The notes below the pieces were generated by a model. It was not told where the DNA came from, did no database searches, and was given only the letters and a program-made list of their open reading frames with translations. A stretch of DNA of 64,000 nucleotides from Bdellovibrionales bacterium (GTDB lineage Bacteria; Bdellovibrionota; Bdellovibrionia; Bdellovibrionales; UBA1609), in the NCBI GenBank assembly GCA_965261545.1, contig CBDHDF010000011.1:224001-288000 (forward strand), read 5' to 3'. This document shows positions 1 through 9,737 of the stretch, piece after piece. Within the stretch, counting starts at the first letter, position 1, and every line of letters starts with the position of its first letter. Made by a program: the position numbers and the translations under genes.

Positions 1-181
1 TTTGCAAAAATTGTTTGAGGTGAACTTGTGAAATGAATAGCTCCAAGCAGCCGCTTCCTTCTCTTCCTCCTCTCCCTATGCTGCGGAGCAATTGGTTATC
101 CTCCTCTTCCTCGAAAGCTCCTTGAAACCCATGAAGAAGAGAGCAAGCTATTGTGATTTTAGGTGTGTAAAATTTACTCAT
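1..181 (-). CDS. Partial hypothetical protein running off the left edge (MSKFYTPKITIACSLLHGFQGAFEEEEDNQLL...), possible target of the divergent sigma54 promoter
   Basis: ATG at 181-179, frame open for 60 codons to position 1; GAGG upstream; lies downstream of the -24/-12 element at 391-374. Confidence 0.35.
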   Translation of the reverse strand, partial: MSKFYTPKITIACSLLHGFQGAFEEEEDNQLLRSIGRGGREGSGCLELFISQVHLKQFLQ

Positions 182-373
182 ATTTTGCCTCAATTTTTTC
201 TTACCCCCTCATATACGGGAATTTGTAAACCCCCCCGTTTACAAATGTCCTCTAGGTGGTTTACAAATGCCTCTGACCGGGGGGCGCTTTTTTCTCAATT
301 GTCCATTTTTTTTAAAGACTGATAGGACGATAAAAATTATGTCATCACCAGCAATCATATTTCATAAATACCT

Positions 374-391
374 ATGCATACTTCTTGCCAA
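374..391 (-). promoter_or_regulatory. sigma54 (-24/-12) promoter, divergent from the response regulator
   Basis: Minus strand TTGGCAAGAAGTATGCAT has exact GG-N10-GC spacing; next to a GAFTGA-type activator gene. Confidence 0.65.
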
Positions 392-442
392 CTTTAAAAT
401 TGACCTAAGTTATTGAATATACTCATTTCTTGATTTTTCAAA

Positions 443-491
443 AAATTCTCTTTTTAGAATTTAAAATAGAAAAATTCTCTTTTTAGAATTT
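443..491. promoter_or_regulatory. Two identical palindromes AAATTCT-N6-AGAATTT, candidate enhancer (UAS) sites
   Basis: Copies at 443-462 and 472-491 (29 bp period), about 80-130 bp upstream of the predicted sigma54 start. Confidence 0.55.
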
Positions 492-655
492 GTGAAGTAA
501 GAACTCATAAAATATTTCTTATATATTCTTTCTTGACAAGTGAGTATAAGGGGAGTAAAAGGTCGTAATTGTAGAAAAATGAAAAAAATATTTAAAAAAA
601 TTTAGAAATATTTTAAGGCATATGAAACAAAGGCTTCTCAAGGAGGTTAAGCCCG

Positions 656-2206
656 ATGATGCACTATGAGAATACAGACCCTAAAGTGAGTGCTCTCATT
701 ATTGATGACGAAGAGTCAGCACTCAAAATCAATCGCATGAGCGTGATGGACCTTCTTGAAAGATCAAAACTCTCCCCCGATGAGGTCCGTGTTCACCTGG
801 CTTCAAATATCAATGATGCCTTCTCAGTACTCCGCAGACACACATTGCATGTCATTCTACTCGATCGCGACCTTGGCCTGGATGATAGCGGAAAAAATGT
901 GGATGGGATGGACTACATTCAAGAAATGCTTGATATTCAACCCTCCGCTCAAATTCTTGTGGTGACAGGTCATGATGATACAAGGCTTGCCGTGGAAGCC
1001 ATTCAAAGGGGGGCTTGTGGATATATTGTGAAAAGCACAAGTTCCGATTATCTGGAGTACAGAAATCATCAAATTCTCAAAGCCCTCAGAAAAGCCAAGC
1101 TAGAACTCCAAAGAGCCCAAGAAAAAATGTTGGATAAAATACCCATGGGGGAATATGTTTGTAAATCTCCAGCCATGCGGGGCATAGAGATACAGCTCAA
1201 GACACTGGCCCAATACTCCACACCTGTTTTGTTTTTAAGTGAGTCCGGCCTGGGCAAAACCGTGATGGCCAAGAGACTGGGGCACCTGAGAGCTGAGTTT
1301 TTACAGCAAAAAAACCGCCCCTTCTTTAATATCAATATGGCGAATATACCCAAAGACCTTGCCGATAGCACACTCTTTGGCCACGAACGAGGGGCTTTCA
1401 CTGGGGCCGATACAGCCAAACAAGGACTTTTTGAACTCGCCAATGGTGGGGACCTATTCCTTGATGAAATTGGAGAGGCAAGCCTTGAGGTTCAAGCAAA
1501 ACTCTTAAAAGTGATTGAGGAAAGAGAGTTTTGTCGTGTAGGAGGAAATAAAAACTTTGCCACAACGGCTCGCATTATCCTTGCGACAAACAAAAACCTA
1601 AAAAAGATGGTAGAGAAAAAGGAATTTCGTGAAGATTTGTATGCGAGAATTTGCACCTTTGACATCACTCTTCCACCCCTTGAAGAACGAAAGGAGGACA
1701 TTCCCTATATCTGCCAATCTATTATCAACGATCTTCAGAAAGACAATCTGAGAAAACCTTTTTCCTATGAAGACCTTCCCCATGATTTAAAGGAATATCT
1801 CCATCGAGACAACATACCCTTTAACATCCGAGGAATCAGAAATGATCTTGAAAGGCTTATGATTAGCTCTAAATCTGACAAAAATGGAGCTTTGGATTTT
1901 TCCAACTGGAAAAACATCTTAGGGGTTTCAAAAAGGTCTGTCTTTCATAGTAAAAAGCCTACAGAGTATATTGAATACTCAGATTTTGAGAATCTTCCCA
2001 CTCGGTTTTTAACTGAAAAATTTCCAGGAATTAAAGAGTTCAAGAGACTTTTTGAGAAAAAACTCATGGAAGAAGCTTCTCTGAAGTGTCAGACCAAAAA
2101 AGAGATGGCCCAGCTCTTGGGCATATCAGAATCTAATATTTTATCCAAAATGGATAAATACAGTGTTTCCCTTGGGAAATATAAAGAAACATCAACAAAT
2201 AAATAA
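656..2206 (+). CDS. NtrC-family sigma54-dependent response regulator (REC-AAA+-HTH)
   Basis: REC motifs IIDDE, LLDRDL, VVTG, YIVK; Walker A SESGLGKT; GHERGAFTGA; LFLDEIGE; FREDLYAR; C-terminal HTH; GGAGG RBS. Confidence 0.95.
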   Translation: MMHYENTDPKVSALIIDDEESALKINRMSVMDLLERSKLSPDEVRVHLASNINDAFSVLRRHTLHVILLDRDLGLDDSGKNVDGMDYIQEMLDIQPSAQILVVTGHDDTRLAVEAIQRGACGYIVKSTSSDYLEYRNHQILKALRKAKLELQRAQEKMLDKIPMGEYVCKSPAMRGIEIQLKTLAQYSTPVLFLSESGLGKTVMAKRLGHLRAEFLQQKNRPFFNINMANIPKDLADSTLFGHERGAFTGADTAKQGLFELANGGDLFLDEIGEASLEVQAKLLKVIEEREFCRVGGNKNFATTARIILATNKNLKKMVEKKEFREDLYARICTFDITLPPLEERKEDIPYICQSIINDLQKDNLRKPFSYEDLPHDLKEYLHRDNIPFNIRGIRNDLERLMISSKSDKNGALDFSNWKNILGVSKRSVFHSKKPTEYIEYSDFENLPTRFLTEKFPGIKEFKRLFEKKLMEEASLKCQTKKEMAQLLGISESNILSKMDKYSVSLGKYKETSTNK

Positions 2207-2220
2207 CAAATAACGGAGGA

Positions 2221-2535
2221 ATGGCCATGAAAATATTAAAAATATGCCTGCTTTCAATCGGTTCTTTTATTTTAGCTCCCATGTTCTTGTCCGCTGAGCA
2301 TGAAAGGTCTCCAGAAGATGATGCCCAAGAAGGAGTTAAAATCACCATGGAACCAGGTTGCTACATGTTTAGTAATTCAAGAAAAGAGTTCATCATTTGC
2401 CGAGAGGAAGCCTTTGAAGTGGCCCCTCTCTATCTGTGGCGATATAAAGTGATGCCTGTTGACCCACAAGATATTGAATCTTTTGATGAATTATCAGAAA
2501 GTGCTCCAACAACATTCTCAGAAGATGGGAGATGA
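2221..2535 (+). CDS. Small exported protein with signal peptide, unknown function
   Basis: GGAGGA RBS; basic N-terminus plus hydrophobic stretch ending FLSA; acidic mature part with two Cys; ATGA overlap with next gene. Confidence 0.75.
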   Translation: MAMKILKICLLSIGSFILAPMFLSAEHERSPEDDAQEGVKITMEPGCYMFSNSRKEFIICREEAFEVAPLYLWRYKVMPVDPQDIESFDELSESAPTTFSEDGR

Positions 2536-4037
2536 GAAGAGTTTTTGTTGCAAGCCTTATTTGTTCCACTATATTTCTTGGAGTTGCTTTGAGCTATCAT
2601 AGTGAATTATCAAAAAAAGACCCACCGAGTGGGCTCACAGTGGTCTTTCCTAACCTTCATTTTGAGAAGTCTTGGGATATTTCCGATGGGTCCAGTCTTT
2701 GGAGTATTTTCATACTGAATAATATTGTTGAAACTTTGGTGCGAGTTGGCAATAATTCTGACGTAAAGCCTGCTTTATCAGATGGATGGTCTTTTTCTGA
2801 AGATAAGAAGGTTCTCAGTCTATCTTTATCTGATAAATATACCTTTCATGATGGAACTTCTATCACCCCAGAAGATATTATTCTAAGCCTGAAGCGCTCT
2901 TTATCATCTCCAAAAATGAAGCATTCAGAGGTCTACAAATCCCTACTCAATGAAAAGATGGACGAATCTATAGTCCTCAAAGGAAATAGTATAGAAATTA
3001 GGCTTAAAGAACCTCTCAATGCACTTATTTATCAATTAAGCGTTCAAGAAATGGGTATCGCTCCAAGAGATTATATAAGTAAATCTCCAAAAGAGAGCCT
3101 TAGAAATTTATCTGGACCTTATCAGATTATAGATTTTACACCTCAGAAAATGAGTCTTAAGAGGCATCCATCACACCCTTTACTCAATGATGATTCTCCC
3201 GCTCAAGTAGATATTGTTGAGATAAATAATATGAGAGAGGCTATAAAATATTACAATGAACAAGAGGATGTTATTCTTATTGGTTCTGACTATGCAAAAA
3301 GTCTCAAATACCTAGACCTTGAGGGAAAAAAGTACCTTAGTGCCTTTGCCCTCACAGAATTTTTTCTGCCAAATATTGACTCAGAAAGATTAAATTCTAC
3401 AGAAAAAAGACAAGTCATATTTTCATTGATTAAAAAAGCCTTCAGCGAGGTCACAATAGATGAAAGGGTGGCAGAAAGAACCAATCAAATATTTACAAAA
3501 AATAATATTTCAAGACTCAGTGAAGAAAATTTAAAGGAAATTTATAATACTCCTCTCTTCTCCCAAAAAATGCAATTGGATGTGCTTATTCTTGGGTTCA
3601 TGAAAGACAATCCTATCCCATCCTTGCTCAAAGATAAGTTGAAAGAACTTAACATTGATTTAAATCTTATCGTTTCAGATTATAAGAAAAATGCAAAATT
3701 TCTTCAAGAAAAGAAATACGATCTTTTGTATGTATATTCTGGAGTCAGTGCCTTGGATCCCATTGTAGAAATGATTTACTTATTCAATCATCCTCTGTCC
3801 AATTTTTCATACGATAACGAAGAATTAAAAACCTTTCTAGATCAAGCCAAAAAAGAACTTGATCGGAAAAAATATGTTTCTCTTCTGAAAGAAATTCACC
3901 TTGGTCTCTTAAAAAAATACAGAATTTTACCTCTTATGCATACCAAAATGGTTTACTGTGCCAAGGGGCGATATGAACTCAAAGAAATGAACTACTTTGA
4001 TGGAAGCTTCAATCTATGGGATTGGCATCAAAAATGA
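2532..4037 (+). CDS. Family 5 (oligopeptide/nickel-type) extracellular solute-binding protein, orphan
   Basis: ETLVR...PALSDGWSFSEDKK...FHDGTSITPEDI...SL and SGPY motifs of SBP_bac_5; no permease or ABC ATPase nearby. Confidence 0.88.
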   Translation: MRRVFVASLICSTIFLGVALSYHSELSKKDPPSGLTVVFPNLHFEKSWDISDGSSLWSIFILNNIVETLVRVGNNSDVKPALSDGWSFSEDKKVLSLSLSDKYTFHDGTSITPEDIILSLKRSLSSPKMKHSEVYKSLLNEKMDESIVLKGNSIEIRLKEPLNALIYQLSVQEMGIAPRDYISKSPKESLRNLSGPYQIIDFTPQKMSLKRHPSHPLLNDDSPAQVDIVEINNMREAIKYYNEQEDVILIGSDYAKSLKYLDLEGKKYLSAFALTEFFLPNIDSERLNSTEKRQVIFSLIKKAFSEVTIDERVAERTNQIFTKNNISRLSEENLKEIYNTPLFSQKMQLDVLILGFMKDNPIPSLLKDKLKELNIDLNLIVSDYKKNAKFLQEKKYDLLYVYSGVSALDPIVEMIYLFNHPLSNFSYDNEELKTFLDQAKKELDRKKYVSLLKEIHLGLLKKYRILPLMHTKMVYCAKGRYELKEMNYFDGSFNLWDWHQK

Positions 4038-5056
4038 GAGTATCTACCCTCATAGAGGATCACTTTTCTGAAATAGAAACCCACCTTGGAGCCAAATATA
4101 GCTTCATGGATATTAAAAAATCCATTGATAAATTTCTCCATGACGGAAGATTAAAGATAAAGAAAACGAATGAATGCCCTGCATTGATACCATTTTTTTG
4201 GTATAAGGGTGAATTTTCTATCAATAAAAAAATAATAAATTCCAGTGGTGAGGGTCATCGTCAAGAAGTGGCACAAATGAGATGCATAGGAGAACTTTTC
4301 GAGAGAATTCCTATTTTTCATGATGATATGAATTGTCTAAGAATTGATTCTTCTAAAAAAGTTGAGAATCATACACACAAGATGACAGCTTCCAATGGCG
4401 TAAGCTTTTCACTGGACCCATTCCTAGGTATCTTTAACTCATACAGAGAAATCATTGAACGACAAGTGGTTCTTGATTTTTGGTTGAGGAAGAAAGAGTG
4501 TCAAGAAATAACAGGTCTTTACAAGTGGGGTGCCTTAAACTTCCTATCAGGTTTTAAGAATAATCTTAAAGCTCATTTTTATTGCCTTCCCAATGACTAC
4601 GGACTCTTTGTCATTTGTTGTCACTTGTCACAAGATAAAGTTCCTTACAATATATTTGGCTATGGGTGCCATGAGAATATTTATTCATCTCTAGAAAAAG
4701 CCTTCTTTGAAGCATGGCGATTTTATTGGGAATTTCATAAATTGAAAGGCAAGAGTTACAACAAATATAAAGGTGTCACAAAATTTATAGACCATTTTTA
4801 TTTTTATGCTTTTAAGGAAGATATTGAGAATGTTTATTTTCCTACTCAAAAGAGAAGGTTCTCTCAAATAAAAGGGAGCCTTCATAAGACCAATGACTTT
4901 CATATAGACGAGATATATATATTTGATCTTAAAAAATTTGGCATTCCTGGCTACTCTGTGCAAGTTATAAAAAACAACCTTTGGCCCTTTAAGCCTGGTG
5001 CTTTGAAAGAGGATACAATGGAGAGAGAGTGCGGTGAAGTCCATCCTGTGGCCTAG
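4034..5056 (+). CDS. YcaO-like protein (short, divergent)
   Basis: CIGELFER, TASNGVSF...YREIIERQ, GYGCH...LEKAFFEAW and terminal HPVA resemble YcaO ATP-binding Glu motifs and Pro-containing C-terminus; ATG 4034 overlaps the SBP stop. Confidence 0.75.
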   Translation: MRVSTLIEDHFSEIETHLGAKYSFMDIKKSIDKFLHDGRLKIKKTNECPALIPFFWYKGEFSINKKIINSSGEGHRQEVAQMRCIGELFERIPIFHDDMNCLRIDSSKKVENHTHKMTASNGVSFSLDPFLGIFNSYREIIERQVVLDFWLRKKECQEITGLYKWGALNFLSGFKNNLKAHFYCLPNDYGLFVICCHLSQDKVPYNIFGYGCHENIYSSLEKAFFEAWRFYWEFHKLKGKSYNKYKGVTKFIDHFYFYAFKEDIENVYFPTQKRRFSQIKGSLHKTNDFHIDEIYIFDLKKFGIPGYSVQVIKNNLWPFKPGALKEDTMERECGEVHPVA

Positions 5057-6524
5057 ATATCTAAGCAAGAAGAAGCTTATCTCTCTCATTATTTTCTTGG
5101 CCATTATTTTAAATCTATCTCTGACCCTCTTCATTGTGCATACCCAAAAAGAGAACTTTCTCAAAGAGTCCGCTCTATCTCAGTCTCAGTTAGCTCTCAG
5201 TCTGCTTTCCAGAGATATTAATGAGGGGAATTACCGAAGAGTCATGGAGCAGCTTCTTAGCAAAGAGCTATCTCATGGTGTCAAAATAGATTCCATCTTG
5301 TTTTATGACCTCATATCAAAAAAAGAAATTACTTCCAATGCCAGTCCAAAATTCATTTGTGAATCGAATGCGACATCTTCCTATTACCAAAGGGGTCCCA
5401 GCGACCAACATGCCTATTGTATTTTCATCAACAAAGGGCTTCTCGTTCAAATCACATTCAATTTAGATTCATTTGGAGCTCTAGGAACACCTCAGATTCT
5501 CACGGTGTTCTTGCTGAACTTCCTTTTCGCCATTGTTCTCACAGTCCTGACACTGCTTGGTATGAATCTATATCTTGACCGATTTATTTTACTTCTTAAC
5601 CGCCTCTTGAAAAAAGGAGAGATTGATAAAAATGTTCCTCAAGAATTTAAAGGGTCCTTTAAGTCCATCAAGAATCTTTCCCATGCTCTGGACGAAATGA
5701 AAAAGATGATTTCTGAGAGCACAAGAGCGAGAGTCTCCCATGAGATATCTAAGAAAGTTCTTCACAATATTAAAACACCTCTAAGTAATATCAACACCAT
5801 GCTCCCTCTTCTAAAAAATGGCTTTGATAAAGAAAAAGAAGAGATGCTGAGGGGCTCCATCCAAGAAATTGAAGAATCTGTTTGCAAGGCCCTCGAATAC
5901 AAGAAAAACAGGCCACTTGCCAAAGTTAACCTCTATGAGATTGTTGAGCAAGCTGCATCTGAGATTCGATTTCAAAACTTCCAAAGACAGGATCTTGTCA
6001 TCTCAGAAATTCAATCCTGTCCCTTTTCCTCTTCATACACAAAGGAAGTCGATCCCATAGACTTTAAAGCCGCCATCAACAACATATTAAACAATGCCAT
6101 CGAAGCTATGAGCTTGAATCCCTCCTCTCATCCGACGGGCTTCCATTCAGACCATGGAAGTCATAGCAATCACGGTAGTGGTCACAGTATCGATAAAGAT
6201 TATGGCCACCACGACAACCCAGACGATAGTCACATAGGCCACATAGATGGGATTGGCCGCAGTCATCGTAGTCACACAGGCGAGATTGCAATCCATATGA
6301 AAAAACAAGATAACTCCATTTCCATATGCATCACAGATGAAGGTCCAGGCTTCAGCGACCAAGTCCTCCCTCACATAGGCACCCAAGGCTTCACCTACGG
6401 GAAAAAAGGTGGCCACGGCCTAGGTCTTTACACAGCTAGACTCGACATCGAATCATGGGGTGGTAGGATAATCTTTGGCAATCAGAAAGATTCCCATGGA
6501 GCTTGGATTTGTGTTGTGATTTGA
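5034..6524 (+). CDS. Membrane sensor histidine kinase with a His-rich insert in the HATPase domain
   Basis: Two TM segments around a periplasmic domain; H-box LHNIKTPL; N-box NILNNAIEA; G1 DEGPGF; G2 GHGLGL. Confidence 0.92.
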   Translation: MKSILWPRYLSKKKLISLIIFLAIILNLSLTLFIVHTQKENFLKESALSQSQLALSLLSRDINEGNYRRVMEQLLSKELSHGVKIDSILFYDLISKKEITSNASPKFICESNATSSYYQRGPSDQHAYCIFINKGLLVQITFNLDSFGALGTPQILTVFLLNFLFAIVLTVLTLLGMNLYLDRFILLLNRLLKKGEIDKNVPQEFKGSFKSIKNLSHALDEMKKMISESTRARVSHEISKKVLHNIKTPLSNINTMLPLLKNGFDKEKEEMLRGSIQEIEESVCKALEYKKNRPLAKVNLYEIVEQAASEIRFQNFQRQDLVISEIQSCPFSSSYTKEVDPIDFKAAINNILNNAIEAMSLNPSSHPTGFHSDHGSHSNHGSGHSIDKDYGHHDNPDDSHIGHIDGIGRSHRSHTGEIAIHMKKQDNSISICITDEGPGFSDQVLPHIGTQGFTYGKKGGHGLGLYTARLDIESWGGRIIFGNQKDSHGAWICVVI

Positions 6525-6654
6525 AGAAAGTGAAGCTAATAATAGCTTCTTATTTTAACCTGATGCAGCTAGGACTCAAAATTAAGTCTGGAATTTAGTT
6601 TTAACTCCTTGATCTATCTTAGCAGCTCATAGGTGTTCGTGGTTTTTAATTCTT

Positions 6655-7703
6655 TCATAGCAAGACCTTTTTAGCCATATTCATTGATGTTTTTCGCCGT
6701 CGGTAGTTTGTGTCATAAATTTCATGGGAGAATATCTTGATCTTCTCTATCAAAATATTTAAATACTTTTGAGATGAGCTTAGGAGATATTTGATAAAAT
6801 CAGAGGCTAATAAGACGGTAACCTTAGCAACTCTTTGAAACGATGTGGAGTCATTTTGTTCCTTATTGAGTTTAGTTCTTCCTATCCTCAAAACAACACT
6901 TGATGTGAGGTGAGCCGCTAATGAAGCAAGAAGAAGACTCTCTATGATATTTTGATCGTTTGAGGTGATCTGATTTGCATTCAAAGAATTCTTACAAGAT
7001 TTGAAAATAAGTTCACATTGCCAACGTAAACGATAAATTGGATATATGGACTCCGCTGCCACATCTAAATTCGTGCAATACCAATGATAGCGTTTTTCGG
7101 AGGAATTCCAGAAGCCTACAATTCTCAAACTTACCCATTTACCATTGGACAAGACACTGCCTATAAATTCAACAACATCGTTTTTTTTCTTGAGTTTAAT
7201 ATCAGAGAATTCTTTTCCAACATAGTAATCTGGCAAACCTTCAACAACAGCATCAATAAGAATAGAGGCATTTGACTTCACTCTAGACAAGAAAAATCCT
7301 TTAGCTTCATGAATAGATGACAATAAGCCATAGTCCCAATATCCCAAATCAAAGATGACTAATTTTCCAACGAGTTCCTTTATATCAGGAAAGCACTTCC
7401 TATCGTTAGTGGAAGACGGAGTTAATTCGAACCAAGTCATTATACCACTGAATAAACTGAAACAAGCGTGCCATTTAATTCCTGCGTTTGTTCTTGTCCC
7501 TGGAAAATTCTCAGATGCTCCATCCCAAAGGCTTATTGTGCTTGAGTCAACAAGAAGAACGTCTGAGACTCCCAGTTGTAATAATATGGCTTTGCTCCCA
7601 TGAAAAGCTCCATGAGATAGCTTTATCATGAGCATTTCAACCAGTTTACTCAGAAGCTCTTTTAATCTTTTTCTAGAGAGTCTTTCCCAGAAGCTGTGTC
7701 TTT
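6655..7703 (-). pseudogene. IS4-family DDE transposase, 5'-truncated by IS21
   Basis: LVDSST, IFDLGY, YRLRWQCELIFKSCK motifs; ORF start runs into the IS21 end at 7704. Confidence 0.88.
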
Positions 7704-8270
7704 TGTTAGCTGACAATTAAAATGCCCCACCGTCGCCAATGAAAAGTGGCCACTTTTCAGAGGAGGACCTATGGTGATTTTTGGCATTGTCAACCGAGAC
7801 GCATATAATCAATTGATATTACTCATAAAAAGGCTCCGAGCTGATAAGAACTCCTTTTGGGTTCTTGTCGACCTGGAAAGGGGCTCCGTGTTGGAGAGTC
7901 CTTCCATGACAGCCTATTCAGGTTCCATATTTCTCATTTGTAGACTGTTTCTGGATTTCAATGAGGTTAAATATATAGTCAAGAAAAGCCTGTTTAGGCT
8001 GTGCCCATTTTCTAAAGTATTTAAATTCCACAAGATTCCAACATTTGCCTCAATTTTCATGGAATTTCTTTCTGAAGACAGGCTTCCCTTAAAGCCGTCG
8101 CCAATTAAAATGTCCCACTTTCAATATGGAGGTTGTCGCCAATGAAAAGTGACCAATCTTCAGGGAGTGTTCAAATACTAGACAATGAAGTTTCTTCTTC
8201 TGATATAGATACTAAGCTCACAGAGTCCCTCCCTTTTGCAACTCAAAAGGTTAGCAATGAGGAGGATCTT

Positions 8271-9737
8271 ATGATTAGTCAATACACTTTCGGCCGCATT
8301 CGTGACCTGAGTCACAGTGGTAAAAATAAGACAGAAATATCTCGTGAATTAGGGATCAATCGTAAGACGGTGCGCAAGTACTGTGAGTCCAACACCCCAC
8401 CGAAGTACAAGGCGAGGTCCAAAAGAACTCGCCCAGATCCCCTTAATGGATATATGGATCGGGTGAAGTACTTTTTGAAGTTGAACCCAAGTAACACCGC
8501 CCGTGAAATATATGAGCTATTAGTTGAGGAGGGTTATCGTGGGAGTGAGAGAACGGTTCAGAGAAGAGTTTGTGAGATTCTTGGTTCTCGCCCCAAGGAG
8601 CGTTTTTTCAGCCAAAGATATGATCCTGGAGAACAGGCTCAGTTTGATTTTAAGGAGAAGGTTGCTTTACCATTTGCCGATGGTGTTCAGATCGTTCATC
8701 TCCATTTTGGAACATTGCCTTGTAGTGGCACCTGTTGGGTTCGTGCCTACCCCTTTCTTGTCTATGAGTGTTTCATCGATGGGGTGCATGCTTTTTTTGA
8801 AAAGATAGGTGGGATGAGTGCGAACATCCGTATTGATAATTTATCTCCCTGTGTGAAGAAAGTTCTTAAAGGAAATCAGCGAATTTACACCCAATCTTTT
8901 GATCGAGCCATCCAATACTATGGATTTAAGGTTCTTCCCTGCCGCGCAGGGAAGGGCTCTGACAAGGGAGATGTGGAGCGTGATATTCGAACCTTCAGTT
9001 CTCGGATAAAAAATATTGTTAGAAACAAAGGAATTGTTTTTAAAGACTGGGATCATTTGAATCAGTTTTTAGAGTCTTATATGGATCAGCATCAGAGTGA
9101 CTCCACCAAATCTCGCTTTGAGGAGGAGGCCAAAGTTCTTAAGCCTTTGCCTCCACGAGATGAAGATATTCTCTGTAAGGTGAATATTTGTCAAAGTAAT
9201 GGTTATGGGACTTTGAGAATAGGTAAAACCACATATTCCATACCTGATGAGGTGATCCAATCTCCCTGTAAAACCGTACAGGGTCCCTATCATGTCACGA
9301 TCTATCGTGCAGGAGGGAAGCAAGAAATTGTCGCTCGCCATCAAAGAAAACCTGATGGGGAGCATAGTCTTCTTCTTGAACATATCCTTCCCTCTTTAGT
9401 TCGTAAGCCGCAAGCCATGGTAAGATGGGCTCACCGATCCATTCTTTTTCCAACAAATGTGTTTGAAAATTTTTATCAATACCTCAAGCAACAAGATTCA
9501 AGCCGTGCCGAGCATGAATATTTAAGAGTTATCAACTTGATTCAGCATGTGAGTTGGCAGGACTTATCTACAGCCATGGAGCTTCAATTAGAAAGTCGTG
9601 AGATTTTCGACTTTAAATCCATAAAAGATTTGCTCTTAGGCAATCCCACCAAAATTAATTTGAATGACCAACAAAAACCACTTCAACCTAGATTGTCTCA
9701 ATATGACAGTCTTGTTCCAAACATAGGAGGTTCTTAA
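8271..9737 (+). CDS. istA: IS21 transposase IstA
   Basis: N-terminal HTH, QAQFDF, IRIDNL, DKGDVER; probable start MISQY after GGAGGA (ORF track starts 8133). Confidence 0.95.
   Translation: MISQYTFGRIRDLSHSGKNKTEISRELGINRKTVRKYCESNTPPKYKARSKRTRPDPLNGYMDRVKYFLKLNPSNTAREIYELLVEEGYRGSERTVQRRVCEILGSRPKERFFSQRYDPGEQAQFDFKEKVALPFADGVQIVHLHFGTLPCSGTCWVRAYPFLVYECFIDGVHAFFEKIGGMSANIRIDNLSPCVKKVLKGNQRIYTQSFDRAIQYYGFKVLPCRAGKGSDKGDVERDIRTFSSRIKNIVRNKGIVFKDWDHLNQFLESYMDQHQSDSTKSRFEEEAKVLKPLPPRDEDILCKVNICQSNGYGTLRIGKTTYSIPDEVIQSPCKTVQGPYHVTIYRAGGKQEIVARHQRKPDGEHSLLLEHILPSLVRKPQAMVRWAHRSILFPTNVFENFYQYLKQQDSSRAEHEYLRVINLIQHVSWQDLSTAMELQLESREIFDFKSIKDLLLGNPTKINLNDQQKPLQPRLSQYDSLVPNIGGS

Noticed and set aside
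92..322. 76-aa plus-strand ORF
   Set aside because: TTG start, no convincing RBS, and opposite to the predicted sigma54 transcript.
7771..8145. 124-aa ORF in the IS21-A left region (also 59903-60277)
   Set aside because: No recognisable motif; conservation only reflects IS duplication; cannot support as a gene.
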